DNA of 64,000 nt from an uncultured delta proteobacterium (GTDB lineage: Bacteria; Desulfobacterota; Binatia; UBA9968), in NCBI GenBank assembly GCA_963745835.1, contig CAVUZH010000019.1, forward strand, positions 160,001 through 224,000, given 5' to 3'. Shown one piece after another: positions 10,655-20,894 of the stretch. The notes under the pieces were generated by a model that was not told the DNA's origin, ran no database searches, and was given only the letters and a program-made list of their open reading frames with translations. A program made the translations under genes and the position numbers. Each line of letters begins with the position of its first letter. The first letter of the stretch is position 1.

Positions 10655-12406
10655 GTGTCATTGGATCGGTCCATCGCGGTTGGCCAACAGATCCCGAGCG
10701 CGTGGAGCCGCTCGCGGGTAGGTGTGTTTCTATCTCAGCCGGTCAGCTGGGTATTTATTGTTGTCGGCGCAATCATCGCCTTTCTCAGCCTCTATCCGAC
10801 GCTTTTTCTTTTTTACGGTAGCCTGACTGATGCGCCGTTGGGCGTGCCCGGCCAATTCACGTTACAAAATTATGTCCGCGCCTACAGCGACCCCGAAGCC
10901 TATCCCCTTCTGCTCAACTCATTTATTTTCGGCGTCGGCTCGGCCGGACTCTCAGTCGTTTTCGCTTTGACCCTAGCCTGGATCACCATTCGAACCAATG
11001 CGCCGCTGCGAAGATTGTTCGAACTGACCGCGATCATTCCAAACATATTGCCGCCAATTCTGGTTTCGATCTCCTGGGTCATGCTGTTAAACCCGAGTAA
11101 CGGTCTCATCAACGGACTGTTCGTCCAGCTTTTCGGCGTCGAGCGAGGACCTTTCAACATTTATTCCCTCACCGGGCTGATTTTCGTTGAGGGTTTGATT
11201 CTGACGCCGTTGGCCTTCTTGATCATCGCCGCCGCATTAAAGAGCATGGACCCATCCTTGGAGGAATCGGCGAAGACTCTGGGTTCGGGTGAGTTTGGCA
11301 TCATGCGCCGGATCACGTTTCCACTAATCCGCCCGGCCATATTAGCGGCAGGGACTTTGAACTTCGTGCGCGCGGTGGAGAGTTTCGACACGCCGGCCAT
11401 AATCGCTCTGCCTGCTCGCATCGAAGTGTTCACGACCAAGATCTGGCGCGAAGCTTTGGGCTCTTTTCCGACCAATCACAATTTAGCTGCGACGTATGGT
11501 GTCGGCATTCTCGTGATCGCGCTGATGTTTGTTTATCTTTACCGCCGTTTCACTTCCCAGGTTGAGAGCTTCTCGACGGTTACCGGCAAAGGGTTTAGAC
11601 CGCATCAAATAGATTTAGGAAAGTATCGGTACTTGGCCACGGCAGTGGCATTTCTACTGTTGATACTGCTGGTGGTGTTGCCGATCTTGGTGCTCCTGCT
11701 CGTTGCCATTTTACCTTATTATCACGTGCCCACGTGGCAGACGTGGCAAAATCTCACGTTCGATCACTTTCGCTACATCTGGGCAACGCCGAGAGTCCAC
11801 CGTGCCTTCGTTAACAGTTTGTTCCTGGCGCTGGTAGGCGCCACCGTTTGTATGCTTCTCGCCTCCTTGGCCTCCTACATTTCGGTTCGGACCAAAATCG
11901 CCGGACGCGGATTGCTGGAAGGTTTGGTTTTCATACCCTGGGCCTTTCCCGGAACTGCCATGGCTCTGGGGCTGCTCTGGGCGTATGTCGATTTTCCCAT
12001 TCCTGTCTATGGCACCATCTGGATCATCTTGATCGCCTATGTGACGCGCTTCCTTCCCTATGGCCTACGCGCCGTCAGCAGCACAATCATCCAAGTTCAT
12101 AAGGAGCTCGAAGAGGCTTCGGTGGTCTGCGGCGCCGGCTTTCTAGCGACATTTCGCCGGGTGCTGATTCCGATGATGCGGCCCGGAGTGATGGCAGGCT
12201 GGATTATTCTCGTAACGATCTTCTTGCGTGAATTCAGCGCCACACTCTTTCTCTATAGTCCTGGCGCCGAACCTCTCGGACCACTGCTTTACTTCCTGTA
12301 TCTCGACGGCATGCGCGGCCGGGTGGCCGCCATCGGTCTGGTGATCTCGGTCATCTCCGTGATTCTGATCGCGATTGCCCAGCGCTATTCGCGTTGGGAA
12401 AACTAA
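10655..12406 (+). CDS. ABC transporter permease, FbpB-type with two permease domains
   Basis: Two EAA loops (MDPSLEESAKTLG, ELEEASVVCGA); TVTGKGFRP linker; many TM helices. Confidence 0.92.
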   Translation: MSLDRSIAVGQQIPSAWSRSRVGVFLSQPVSWVFIVVGAIIAFLSLYPTLFLFYGSLTDAPLGVPGQFTLQNYVRAYSDPEAYPLLLNSFIFGVGSAGLSVVFALTLAWITIRTNAPLRRLFELTAIIPNILPPILVSISWVMLLNPSNGLINGLFVQLFGVERGPFNIYSLTGLIFVEGLILTPLAFLIIAAALKSMDPSLEESAKTLGSGEFGIMRRITFPLIRPAILAAGTLNFVRAVESFDTPAIIALPARIEVFTTKIWREALGSFPTNHNLAATYGVGILVIALMFVYLYRRFTSQVESFSTVTGKGFRPHQIDLGKYRYLATAVAFLLLILLVVLPILVLLLVAILPYYHVPTWQTWQNLTFDHFRYIWATPRVHRAFVNSLFLALVGATVCMLLASLASYISVRTKIAGRGLLEGLVFIPWAFPGTAMALGLLWAYVDFPIPVYGTIWIILIAYVTRFLPYGLRAVSSTIIQVHKELEEASVVCGAGFLATFRRVLIPMMRPGVMAGWIILVTIFLREFSATLFLYSPGAEPLGPLLYFLYLDGMRGRVAAIGLVISVISVILIAIAQRYSRWEN

Positions 12407-12445
12407 TTAGAACATTCGTCTGTTAAATCTCCAGGAGGCTTGTTA

Positions 12446-13438
12446 ATGGAAAAATTATTTCTCACCGTCGCCTGCGGCAATTACGACCGCACTTTCGCGC
12501 TGCAAACCGGCGCCGTGCAAGCCGAAGGCATACGGATCAACTATGTTCCTCTCGAGGCGGAAGAAATTTTCTGGCGCATGGGGCATCACCAGGAATTCGA
12601 CGTTTCCGAGATGTCACTTTCCAATCACGTGACCATGATCAGCCGCGGCAACTCGCCGTTCGTCGCCATTCCGGTGTTTCCTTCGAGATTCTTCCGCCAC
12701 TCTTGCGTGTTCATCAATACAGATTCCGGCATCAAGAGCCCGGCGGATTTCACGGGCAAAAAAATTGGCGCTCCAGAATACTCGATTACCGCCGCAGTCT
12801 GGATTCGCGGGTTTTTGAACGACGACTACGGCGTCAAAACCTCCGATATGCAGTGGTTCACCGGCGGGCAAGAAGAAGCCGGCAGAAAAGAGCGTGTCAA
12901 GCTCACATTGCCGCCGCAGATTAAACTCGAGCCGATTGCGGACGACAAAACCTTGAACGGCATGCTCGAGAGCGGCGAGATCGATGCCTTGATTTCGGCT
13001 CGCAGTCCTTCAAGTTTCGTCAAGGGCTCGCCGAGGGTGAAACGGTTATTTCCCAAATATAAAGATGTCGAAGTCGACTACTACAAACGCACCAAGATTT
13101 TCCCGATTATGCATGTGCTGGTAATCAGCAGAGAAGTTTACGAAAAAAACCCCTGGGTGGCGCGCAGTCTCTACAAGGCATTTTGCGAAGCGAAAGACGT
13201 TGCGATCAAAAACATGCACATTTCGAACACCATGGCCTGCACGCTTCCCTGGCTGCCCTGGGAGCGCGAACAGTTAAGGGAAATATTCGGCCCGGATTGG
13301 TGGCCCTATGGAGTCGAAGCCAACCGTCATGTGCTTGAGCATCTAATTCGGTACATGGATGAGCAGGGATTGCTCGCGCGAAAGCTCACGGTCGATGAGA
13401 TCTTCGCGCCGAATGTGGCGGGAGAGTTCAAAATATAG
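12446..13438 (+). CDS. SBP-fold protein of the 4,5-dihydroxyphthalate decarboxylase-like family, no signal peptide
   Basis: LTVACGNYDRT, FDVSEMSLS, AIPVFPSRFFRHS, TAAVWIRG, IFPIMH, WWPYGVEAN. Confidence 0.8.
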   Translation: MEKLFLTVACGNYDRTFALQTGAVQAEGIRINYVPLEAEEIFWRMGHHQEFDVSEMSLSNHVTMISRGNSPFVAIPVFPSRFFRHSCVFINTDSGIKSPADFTGKKIGAPEYSITAAVWIRGFLNDDYGVKTSDMQWFTGGQEEAGRKERVKLTLPPQIKLEPIADDKTLNGMLESGEIDALISARSPSSFVKGSPRVKRLFPKYKDVEVDYYKRTKIFPIMHVLVISREVYEKNPWVARSLYKAFCEAKDVAIKNMHISNTMACTLPWLPWEREQLREIFGPDWWPYGVEANRHVLEHLIRYMDEQGLLARKLTVDEIFAPNVAGEFKI

Positions 13439-13590
13439 CAGCCTGCTGAAAAAGCCCATAAGCTTCGTTGCGCTCGCCCGATTCGCTTCAACGTACTGAA
13501 GCGTACGCCTCAGCTCATCGGACTTCGCGCGCCTTGCTTCTGAGGTCTTTTTGAGCAGCCTGCATTCAGAGTTTTTTGGCAAACTTCTAG
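13436..13590 (+). mobile_element. MITE-like non-autonomous repeat, copy 1
   Basis: TAGCAGCCTGCTGAAAAAG...CTTTTTGAGCAGCCTGCA...TTTTTTGGCAAACTTCTAG; closely matches the reverse complement of 35100-35253; central CGTAC-N6-GTACG hairpin. Confidence 0.8.
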
Positions 13591-13697
13591 ATCAGTAGGC
13601 AAGAGGCAGTCGACAATAGTTGGCCGGCGACATACGCTCGGCTCCTGATACGTCCTGCGTCTCCCCCTTGCCTGTTCCCAACTACCTAATGCCTTCT

Positions 13698-14123
13698 ATG
13701 TCACGCCTGTCACCTTCGGTACTGCGGTTTATTCGTGTCGCGCGGGTTGCCCATCTCGCTACTGCTAGCCGTAACAGTCAGCCTCACGTCATACCCATCT
13801 GCTTTGTTTTTGATGGAAAACATTTCTACTCCCCGATTGACGAGAAGCCGAAGCGAACGAGCCCGGCGAAGCTCAAGCGATTGATCAACATTCAAGCGAA
13901 TCCACAGGCCGCGCTGGTGATCGATCGCTACAGCGAGGTTTGGCAGCACCTCGCCTATGTTTTAATCGTCGGCAAGGCAAAAATCCTTTATCGAGGCGCC
14001 GCTCATGCTGAAGCCGTGCGCCGCCTGCGCAGGAAGTATCCTCAATATCGGCAAATGGCGATCCAGACTCGACCCATGATTCGGATCACGCCAACCCGCT
14101 GGACGTTCTGGGGTAAACCATAG
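13698..14123 (+). CDS. PPOX class (pyridoxamine 5'-phosphate oxidase-like) oxidoreductase, probably F420-dependent TIGR03668-like
   Basis: ARVAHLATA...PHVIPICF, IDEKPK...LKRL.NI.ANP, DRYSE.W..L.YV, LRRKYPQY. Confidence 0.85.
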   Translation: MSRLSPSVLRFIRVARVAHLATASRNSQPHVIPICFVFDGKHFYSPIDEKPKRTSPAKLKRLINIQANPQAALVIDRYSEVWQHLAYVLIVGKAKILYRGAAHAEAVRRLRRKYPQYRQMAIQTRPMIRITPTRWTFWGKP

Positions 14124-14476
14124 TAGGAAAAGGAATCGGCAAGCACCTGGTAAGTTACTCGCTACAAACCTGCAATAGTTTCGAGCGTCTAAATCCAACT
14201 TAGGCGCCGCCCCGACTATCGTCGAGTTGCGCCACATCTCCGCTTCGCTTATTTACTTTGACATCTATGCTCTACTGCGCGAAATACTTGAAAGGTTAAG
14301 GATAGAGACAGGTTCAGCTTGCGTTTACTGGCGTCGCGTCGGTCTATGGTTTCAGGCCCGGTTAGACTCGTCCGTCGTAAGTAGTTCTAATTGTCTCATG
14401 AAAACAGACTTGCAGCTCTCCCGCATCCGCACCACATGACAAGCGCCATCGGAACAGCTGAGATGGATTGTTACTT

Positions 14477-15524
14477 CTAATTCGTGAACAACTTCTTCAT
14501 CCGTTCGACAACTTCAGGCGGTTGCACCACAACCTCTTTCGCTAGGGCCTCTAGTTCTTCCGCCGGGAGCCCGTTCGCTTCCCATTCTCGTTTCTTCACC
14601 TCGGCCAAGAGTTCTGGATCGCTCATGGTTCTTGCAAATGCATCGCGCAGGACCTTGGTCCGCTCGGGCGCCATGCCTGGAGGAGCGATGATCGGTCGAC
14701 CGAAATCGCCCGGTGAGAGTAAGACAACCGCCAAGCGCCTGATTGTGTCGGGTGTTTGATACTTGTCCATCAGTTCATAGATCGTCGGAACATCAGGCGC
14801 TCTCCCATCGCGCTTTTTCCCGCCTTGGACAAGTAGCCGGACAAATCCGGTTTTCATCCACGTGCGCCCGGGCTCTCGGCCAAAAAAGGACGACAACGTG
14901 CCCGCGCGGCAATGCATCTCGCCTTTCTCAACTGCCAGGTCGATGTCGGCGGCTCCCTGGTAGCCCAAGACAACATTGAATTTGACTCCTACGAGCATCT
15001 TCCAAAAGTTTTGGGAAATAATAGTCGGTGCTGCCGATCCCTACGGAACCGCACTTCGGGGCATCAGACGCTTTGCGAAGATCGTCTATGGTTTTGAAAG
15101 GGGAGTCGGAACGAATGTAGAGCATTTCGCTGGTCCGCTCAGGAGTCCCGATCCAAGTAAACTTGCTCCAATCAAAATTGACTTCTTTCCGGCCGATCAG
15201 CTGATCAAAATACAGTGCCGATGAAATCAGCCCGATCGTCAGTCCGTCGGGCTTGGCAACGGTTGTCAGGTAATTGGCCGCCCCGATCGACCCGCCGCCC
15301 GGCATGTTTTGCACAACCAAGGTTGGGCTTCCTGGAAGATATTTATCCAGATGCTTCGTGATCATGCGCGCCCATGTGTCGTAGGCGCCTCCCGGTGTGA
15401 ACGCCACGATTACTCTGAGCGTTTTACCTTTGTAGAAGGGTTCAACTTGCGCGCTTGCCTTGTCACCGGCGAAAAGGCTGCAGCCCACAAGACACAGCAA
15501 AAACAGATTGCTTGGTTTTACCAT
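14477..15524 (-). CDS. Bug/TctC tripartite tricarboxylate transporter substrate-binding protein (+1 frameshift near 14993)
   Basis: FYKGKT.R.IV...PGGAYD, VQNMPGGGS, KPDGLTIG; C-terminal half GYQG...LAVEKGE..RPIIAPPG in the adjacent frame. Confidence 0.88.
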
Positions 15525-15555
15525 GGTCACACCCTCCTTTAAGTCGCCAGCGGAC

Positions 15556-16689
15556 TCAGACTCTGAGCCCATAGAGCCGAGCCGGATTGCTTTCGAGAAT
15601 CTTTAACTTCGCCGTATCGCCGATATCCTGTCGCTCTTTAACTTTTCGCACGACAAAAGGCTCACGGTCGCCGTGTGGCATGTCCGAGCCGAACACCATG
15701 TTGTCCTCTCCAACCAGCTCGATAACTTGGGGCAATAAAACATCGTCGGCCTCCGTGCTGAAAAAGAGATTGCCCTTTCGCACGTATTCCATCGGCGGTA
15801 AGTCATGTTGCGGCGCCGTTTGCGAATGGAAGGTGGAAAGCTGGTTACGCGTACGCCTAAAACGGTGATCCATTCTCTCGAGCACAAAATGAACCCACTG
15901 GCAACCTGCCTCCAAGAAGGCAACTCTCAAGTCAGGAAAGCGATCCAATACTCCGCCGCTTATCAACGCTACAAGTCCCATCATGACGGGCACAAGAAAG
16001 GCGATCACCCCCGACGGATAAATATGGCTATAGAGATTGTTGAGAGCCGGGCAGCTCCAGCCCACATGAACGGCTAACGCTAGCTTCTCTTCAGCGAGTG
16101 ACTCAAAGAATGGTAAAAGCGTCGGGTGATCGAATGTAAGATCACCGGCGGTGCCGAGAACCATCACCGCAGAGGCGCCCAGAGACTTGGCTTCTCGGAC
16201 TTGGCCAACAGCCGCTTGAACCTCGTCGAGGTTGACGATTGCGGCCCATTTGATCCGCTCGTGGTGTGCCAGTCGATCGCCCAACCAGCGATTGTAAGAA
16301 GAATAAAGCGCGGTCGCAAAAGCGATGTTCGATGTCAACGGGTAGGCAAGAAACAAGCTTGGGTACACGACCTGGATCGCGATATCCTCCGCATCCATCG
16401 AACGCAACCGTGCATGAACATCGGTGAGCTCCATGCTTTCAATACTGTCGGGCTTCAAAGCCGTATGTCTTGTCGGTATGCCGTCGTAACTTGCAGGCGT
16501 GCCAAGATTGTTGCACCCTCGCCCCACTCGTCGGGGAAACATTTGCTCGTCAATGATCCAATACGCTAGACCATCCCGGCCGATTACCGAAGGACGTTGA
16601 GACCGAAAGGCCGGCTCGAGATACTGATCACTGAACGTTGTCGGGCACTCTTCAACGTGACCGTCTGCATCGATGTACTTCATCACCAT
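15556..16689 (-). CDS. Amidohydrolase family 2 protein (metal-dependent decarboxylase/hydratase-like)
   Basis: IDADGHVEE, VVYPS, YNRWL, AVHVG, FLEAGC.W, FGSDMPHGD, NPARLYGL. Confidence 0.88.
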   Translation of the reverse strand: MVMKYIDADGHVEECPTTFSDQYLEPAFRSQRPSVIGRDGLAYWIIDEQMFPRRVGRGCNNLGTPASYDGIPTRHTALKPDSIESMELTDVHARLRSMDAEDIAIQVVYPSLFLAYPLTSNIAFATALYSSYNRWLGDRLAHHERIKWAAIVNLDEVQAAVGQVREAKSLGASAVMVLGTAGDLTFDHPTLLPFFESLAEEKLALAVHVGWSCPALNNLYSHIYPSGVIAFLVPVMMGLVALISGGVLDRFPDLRVAFLEAGCQWVHFVLERMDHRFRRTRNQLSTFHSQTAPQHDLPPMEYVRKGNLFFSTEADDVLLPQVIELVGEDNMVFGSDMPHGDREPFVVRKVKERQDIGDTAKLKILESNPARLYGLRV

Positions 16690-16701
16690 ACCTCCTGAAC
16701 T

Positions 16702-16887
16702 TAGTATGCTGCTGAAAAAGACCGATATGTTTCGTTGCGCTTAATCGCCTCGCTAGAATTCGTGTTCGTGTTAGCGTGTTCGTGCTCGTTCGGAATTCTC
16801 GATCACGTTTTCACGGACACGATCACGAGGATTCCGCCTTGTATCTTTTTGAGCAGCCTGCAAACAGGGTTTTCAAAAACCTGCTAG
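16702..16887 (+). mobile_element. MITE-like repeat, copy 2, with a different internal segment
   Basis: Same ends as copy 1 (TGCTGAAAAAG..TTCGTTGCGC; GCCTTG..CTTTTTGAGCAGCCTGCA..GGTTTTCAAAAACCTGCTAG) around a CGTGTT/CACG repeat hairpin. Confidence 0.72.
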
Positions 16888-18068
16888 TGCCACACCTCGC
16901 CCGCCGTGTCGACGATCCGATCGAATTTGCGCCACATCTCTTCTTCGCTCATCACTTTGGAATCAATGCCGCCGAAGCCGCACTGCGGGCTAAGCGCGAG
17001 CTGATCCAGCGGCAGATACCTGCTTGCCTGATCGATGCGCCGTTTGAGCTCATCAAGAGGCTCGAGATCCGAACTCTTGGTCGTGACCAGGCCTAGAACG
17101 ACGATCTTGTCTTTGGGAACCAGTCTCAAGGGTTCGAAACCGCCGGCGCGTTCACTGTCGTACTCGAGCAGCAGCCGATGATGTTTGAGGCTATTGAAGA
17201 GCCGCTCGGCAATGGCGTCATAGGATCCCTCTCGATGCCACTGCGGTACCAGCTTGCCGGTAACTGGATCGATCGTGCGGGCGTTGCCGCGGCAAATGTG
17301 GATACCAAAGGTCACGCCGGGGAAGCCTTCGATCAGCGCATTGTCGGCTTCGATTGAGCGCTGCAGATTCCGTTCAGGATCTTCGCCGCGCGAGCGCATG
17401 CGCTCCAGTGAAATATTGTCGACATAAGCAGTGTACCCGGGAGCATCGATTTGAATGTATTTGCAACCGGCATTTACCAGTTCGGCGATCATTCGCCTTT
17501 CGATCTCCACGACGTGGTCGACGAAATCGTCGAGATCCTTATACACGTTTTTAGATCCTTCCCACTTGAAGCGCTGGGCAATCCGGTCGGGGCCAAGCAC
17601 CGTCACCTTCACCGGAACCTGCGCGACGCTTCGGGCGTAACCAAATTCTTCCAAAGGCAAATTGCGCATCAGCTTTAAGCGTTCCACCGCGGCGCGCCGG
17701 GTAATAATCGCCGGACCGGCTTCATCAAAGTTCTGCTCTGCCCTTTCGAGCGGAGTTAAATTTAATTCTCGCCGCTCATAATAAAGAGACACGTTTTTTG
17801 GCACCTCGAAGCCTGAAACGCATTCGGAGAAACTTTCTTGAAAGTTGTGACGGCGGAATTCACCGTCGGTAACCACCGGGAGACCATGCGCCTCCTGCCT
17901 GGCGATTACCTCTTGGATGGCCTGGTCCTGGGCCTGGATTAATTCTTTTCGGGAGGCTGCGCCGCGGTCGAAGCGCGCGAAGACGTCTTTCAACATGGCC
18001 GGGCGCACCAGGCTGCCAATGTGGTCGACACGAAGTTGATTTAGATTCGTGAATGATGCCAATGACAT
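16884..18068 (-). CDS. Cobalamin-independent methionine synthase II family protein (MetE C-terminal domain only)
   Basis: HIGSLVRP, TDGEFRR, IQIDAP; Zn ligands in HICRGN, LLEYD and LSPQCGF. Confidence 0.88.
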   Translation of the reverse strand: MSLASFTNLNQLRVDHIGSLVRPAMLKDVFARFDRGAASRKELIQAQDQAIQEVIARQEAHGLPVVTDGEFRRHNFQESFSECVSGFEVPKNVSLYYERRELNLTPLERAEQNFDEAGPAIITRRAAVERLKLMRNLPLEEFGYARSVAQVPVKVTVLGPDRIAQRFKWEGSKNVYKDLDDFVDHVVEIERRMIAELVNAGCKYIQIDAPGYTAYVDNISLERMRSRGEDPERNLQRSIEADNALIEGFPGVTFGIHICRGNARTIDPVTGKLVPQWHREGSYDAIAERLFNSLKHHRLLLEYDSERAGGFEPLRLVPKDKIVVLGLVTTKSSDLEPLDELKRRIDQASRYLPLDQLALSPQCGFGGIDSKVMSEEEMWRKFDRIVDTAGEVWH

Positions 18069-18224
18069 AGATTGCCTCCTCGATTCAACGATCCTCCTCG
18101 ATATGCAACCTCCGGCTTCATGACAGCAAAGTCTGTTCTGGGAGGATCCTTGGGTGTTTCAATTTTTACAACTCGTTTGTATGACGGTACTACCGGATGC
18201 GCGGCTGCAGCAATTTAAATTGCC

Positions 18225-19384
18225 TCAGACAAATTCAACAAAAATGGAATTCGCGAGCAACAATCCTTGAGCGGTAAGCCTGAGATTACCGTTTTTCTCG
18301 GTGATGAGCCCGGCTTCTCTCCACGTTTCTATCTTCGGATAGAACTCGACCGGAGACCTGCCAAAAGCTGAACGAAATGCTTCTAACGAAACTCCCGATG
18401 TCATTCTTAAACCTAAAAAAAGAAACTCACCTGCAGCTTTGTCTCGATCGATATTTTCCCGCTCAGTGATCGCAATACTGCTTTGATTGATGCGTGCCAT
18501 ATAGCGTCCGGGATTCTTCTCGTTGCTCCAACGCTCTCTCGCTATCGGGTCCACACCTATTTGTAAGTAACTATGGGCGCCGGCGCCGAGGCCGAGATAA
18601 TCGCCCAGTCGCCAGTAGTTTACGTTATGCCGCGAATAACAGTTCGACAAAGCGTAATTTGATATTTCATAACGCTTTAATCCGGCTGCGCCAAGTTTCG
18701 CTTCGATGAGTTCCGCCATGGCGATCTCTTCGTCCTCGGTTAATGCGCTCAGTCTGCCGCAGCGATACTCGTGGTGAAAAGGCGTGCCTTCTTCAAACGT
18801 CAGGTTGTACGCCGATAGGTGCGGCGATCGATATTCCAGCGCGGCATCTAGATCGTCTTCCAACTCCTTCAAAGTCTGGCCTGGGATTAGCGAAAATCAA
18901 GATCGAGACTGAAGTTATCGAACCCAGCTCTAACGACCACTTCGAGCGCTTTGCGCCCCTCCTCCGCTGTATGAACCCGGCCGAGAAATTTGAGCAGCCG
19001 AGGTTGAAAGGATTGGATGCCAACACTGATGCGATTGATTCCGGCATCGCGATAGCCGGAAAAATTGCCATAGTCGACAGTGCCGGGATTGGCCTCGAGG
19101 GTAATCTCGCAATTTGGATCGATAGGAAACGACGAAAAGGCGCGCTCCAAGATGACGCCGATGCTTGAAGGCGCGAAGGTGGACGGAGTGCCGCCGCCAA
19201 AAAAAATGGTTTGAACCGTTCGTCCCTGCCAATTCGGTGCGCTGGCGTAATGATCCAGCTCGCGGATCAAAGCATCCGTGTAGTCATGTTCAGGAATTTG
19301 CGCAACCACGTGAGAATTGAAGTCGCAGTAGGGGCATTTGCTGATGCAGTACGGGATATGAATGTAAAGCGAAAAGGGCTTCAT
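18225..19384 (-). CDS. hemW: Radical SAM heme chaperone HemW (two +1 indels near 18880-18900)
   Basis: YIHIPYCISKCPYCDF, FFGGGTPS, EITLEANP, RISVGIQSF, YEISNY, HNVNYW (HNxxYW), YLGLGAGAH. Confidence 0.92.
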
Positions 19385-19788
19385 GTTGACCGGCATGTTC
19401 CTAACATAAGATCGAAAACCGCAACCTACAACAGCGTCGATTGACAACAACCGCGGCAGATTTCGTGCTGGAAGTCCACGAGTTCACGATACAGCCATTC
19501 AGTGAGAGTCGCTTAAGCGAGTCAAAGCAGCTACGCCATCCGGTTCCCAAGGTGATCAGATCCATGACGTTTTGCAGGACCGAAGAAACCGGCACGCAGG
19601 TAGTTATATCAGTAACAGAGCCTCCCATGATCGACGGCCATGGGCAAATTGCATCCGGAACGAAGCAAAAGCGGCCATGAGTAAAACTCTTATTCTTTTC
19701 GACTTCTCTGAAATAACAATAACGTCACTAGGTTCCGCGCCGCTGCAGGGCATCTCCTTTGCTACTCACTGTGTCGAATGGGCGAAAC

Positions 19789-20665
19789 ATGGAAGTAAAT
19801 AACACCGAATTAAAGAAATCGAGCTGGCAAGCAAGCTACATTCTTGTAGCGCTTGTTCTGGTCCTTTTCAGTTATGGCTGCGCGATTTTTCGCGGCCTTT
19901 CCGAGTCTGAAGTTCAAAGTGAGCAGAGCCCGCCGGTTGTTTTTTATCAAAAACCGACTGATCCGGTCGTTTCGGATTCTCCCACACTGGTAAAAAATGA
20001 AAACAGCCGACCGGTCTTTTCGTCAAAGAAAGCTCTCAGTAAAGAGGAGATTCGTCAAATCCAAGCGCGGCTGAAGGCCGCCGGCTTTGACCCAGGACCA
20101 ATCGATGGCATTTTGGGATCTAAAACAAGGTCACTGATTTTGCGAGTTGAAGCGGGGTGTACGATACTCAATGAACTGGCAACCGCGAATGGGGAGCTCT
20201 TCGCGCCAGCGGCCGAGACACAAGCGCGCTGCCCTGACTGCTTCCGCAAACACTCTCAGCAAAACAGATATCCAGCTACTCCAGAAACGGCTGAAGGCCG
20301 CTGGGTTCTATGCCGGCCCTATCGATGGAATGCTAGGCGCTAGAACCAGATCGGCGCTTTCCCGATGCAAATCGGGATGCAGTGCGCTTAACGACCTTTC
20401 GGGAACTTCAGATAAACCGGTCTTCGAACAGGCTACAGAGATACAATCGTCACGCGCTCCCGCCTTTGCCCAACCAACCTCTTCGGTCGATAACGTCTCT
20501 GGGAATCAGGAAATCCGGCGAGTGCAGGAGCGGCTGAAAGCCGCCGGTTTTGATCCAGGCCCTATAGATGGGATTCTGGGCCCTCAAACCAAGTCGGCAC
20601 TCGAGAAGTACCGCTCTTCCCACAAGTTGACCCATTCAGGAATCGACGCCTTGCCTCACTACTGA
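19789..20665 (+). CDS. Putative lipoprotein with three peptidoglycan-binding domains (frameshift near 20230)
   Basis: Hydrophobic stretch ending SYGC; three IQ.RLKAAGF.PGPIDG.LG..T repeats, also visible as DNA repeats near 20068, 20288 and 20531. Confidence 0.8.
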
Positions 20666-20731
20666 TCGAAAAAGCTTTCACGAAACTTTCCAGAAGGCGG
20701 CACGAACTTCTCTCGAAGCTTTCTGATCAGT
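20661..20731. repeat. Imperfect inverted repeat overlapping the stop codon of the PG-binding gene
   Basis: ACTGATCGAAAAAGCTTTC...GAAGCTTTCTGATCAGT. Confidence 0.4.
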
Positions 20732-20894
20732 TATCGGCCGGGCCAGCCGCGCGGCCGCATCCTAGATGACAAGCCCAAATTGCTCTGAGGCGTTTCGCTC
20801 CGCCTAACGGTATACCGTGACGAGATGTTCGTTTTCTTCCACTACAAAGGGCGTCCGCCGCCGTTTCTCTTTTTTGAGACCTGCCCTCAATTTC

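Noticed and set aside
13343-13582. ORF sharing the peptide DELRRTLQYVEA..ASAT with ORF 35124-35360, suggesting a small protein family
   Set aside because: The similarity comes from the MITE-like DNA repeat, and both ORFs run antisense into real genes.
16760-16830. Short repeats as a possible CRISPR array
   Set aside because: Units are about 6 nt with no spacers, and there are no cas genes.
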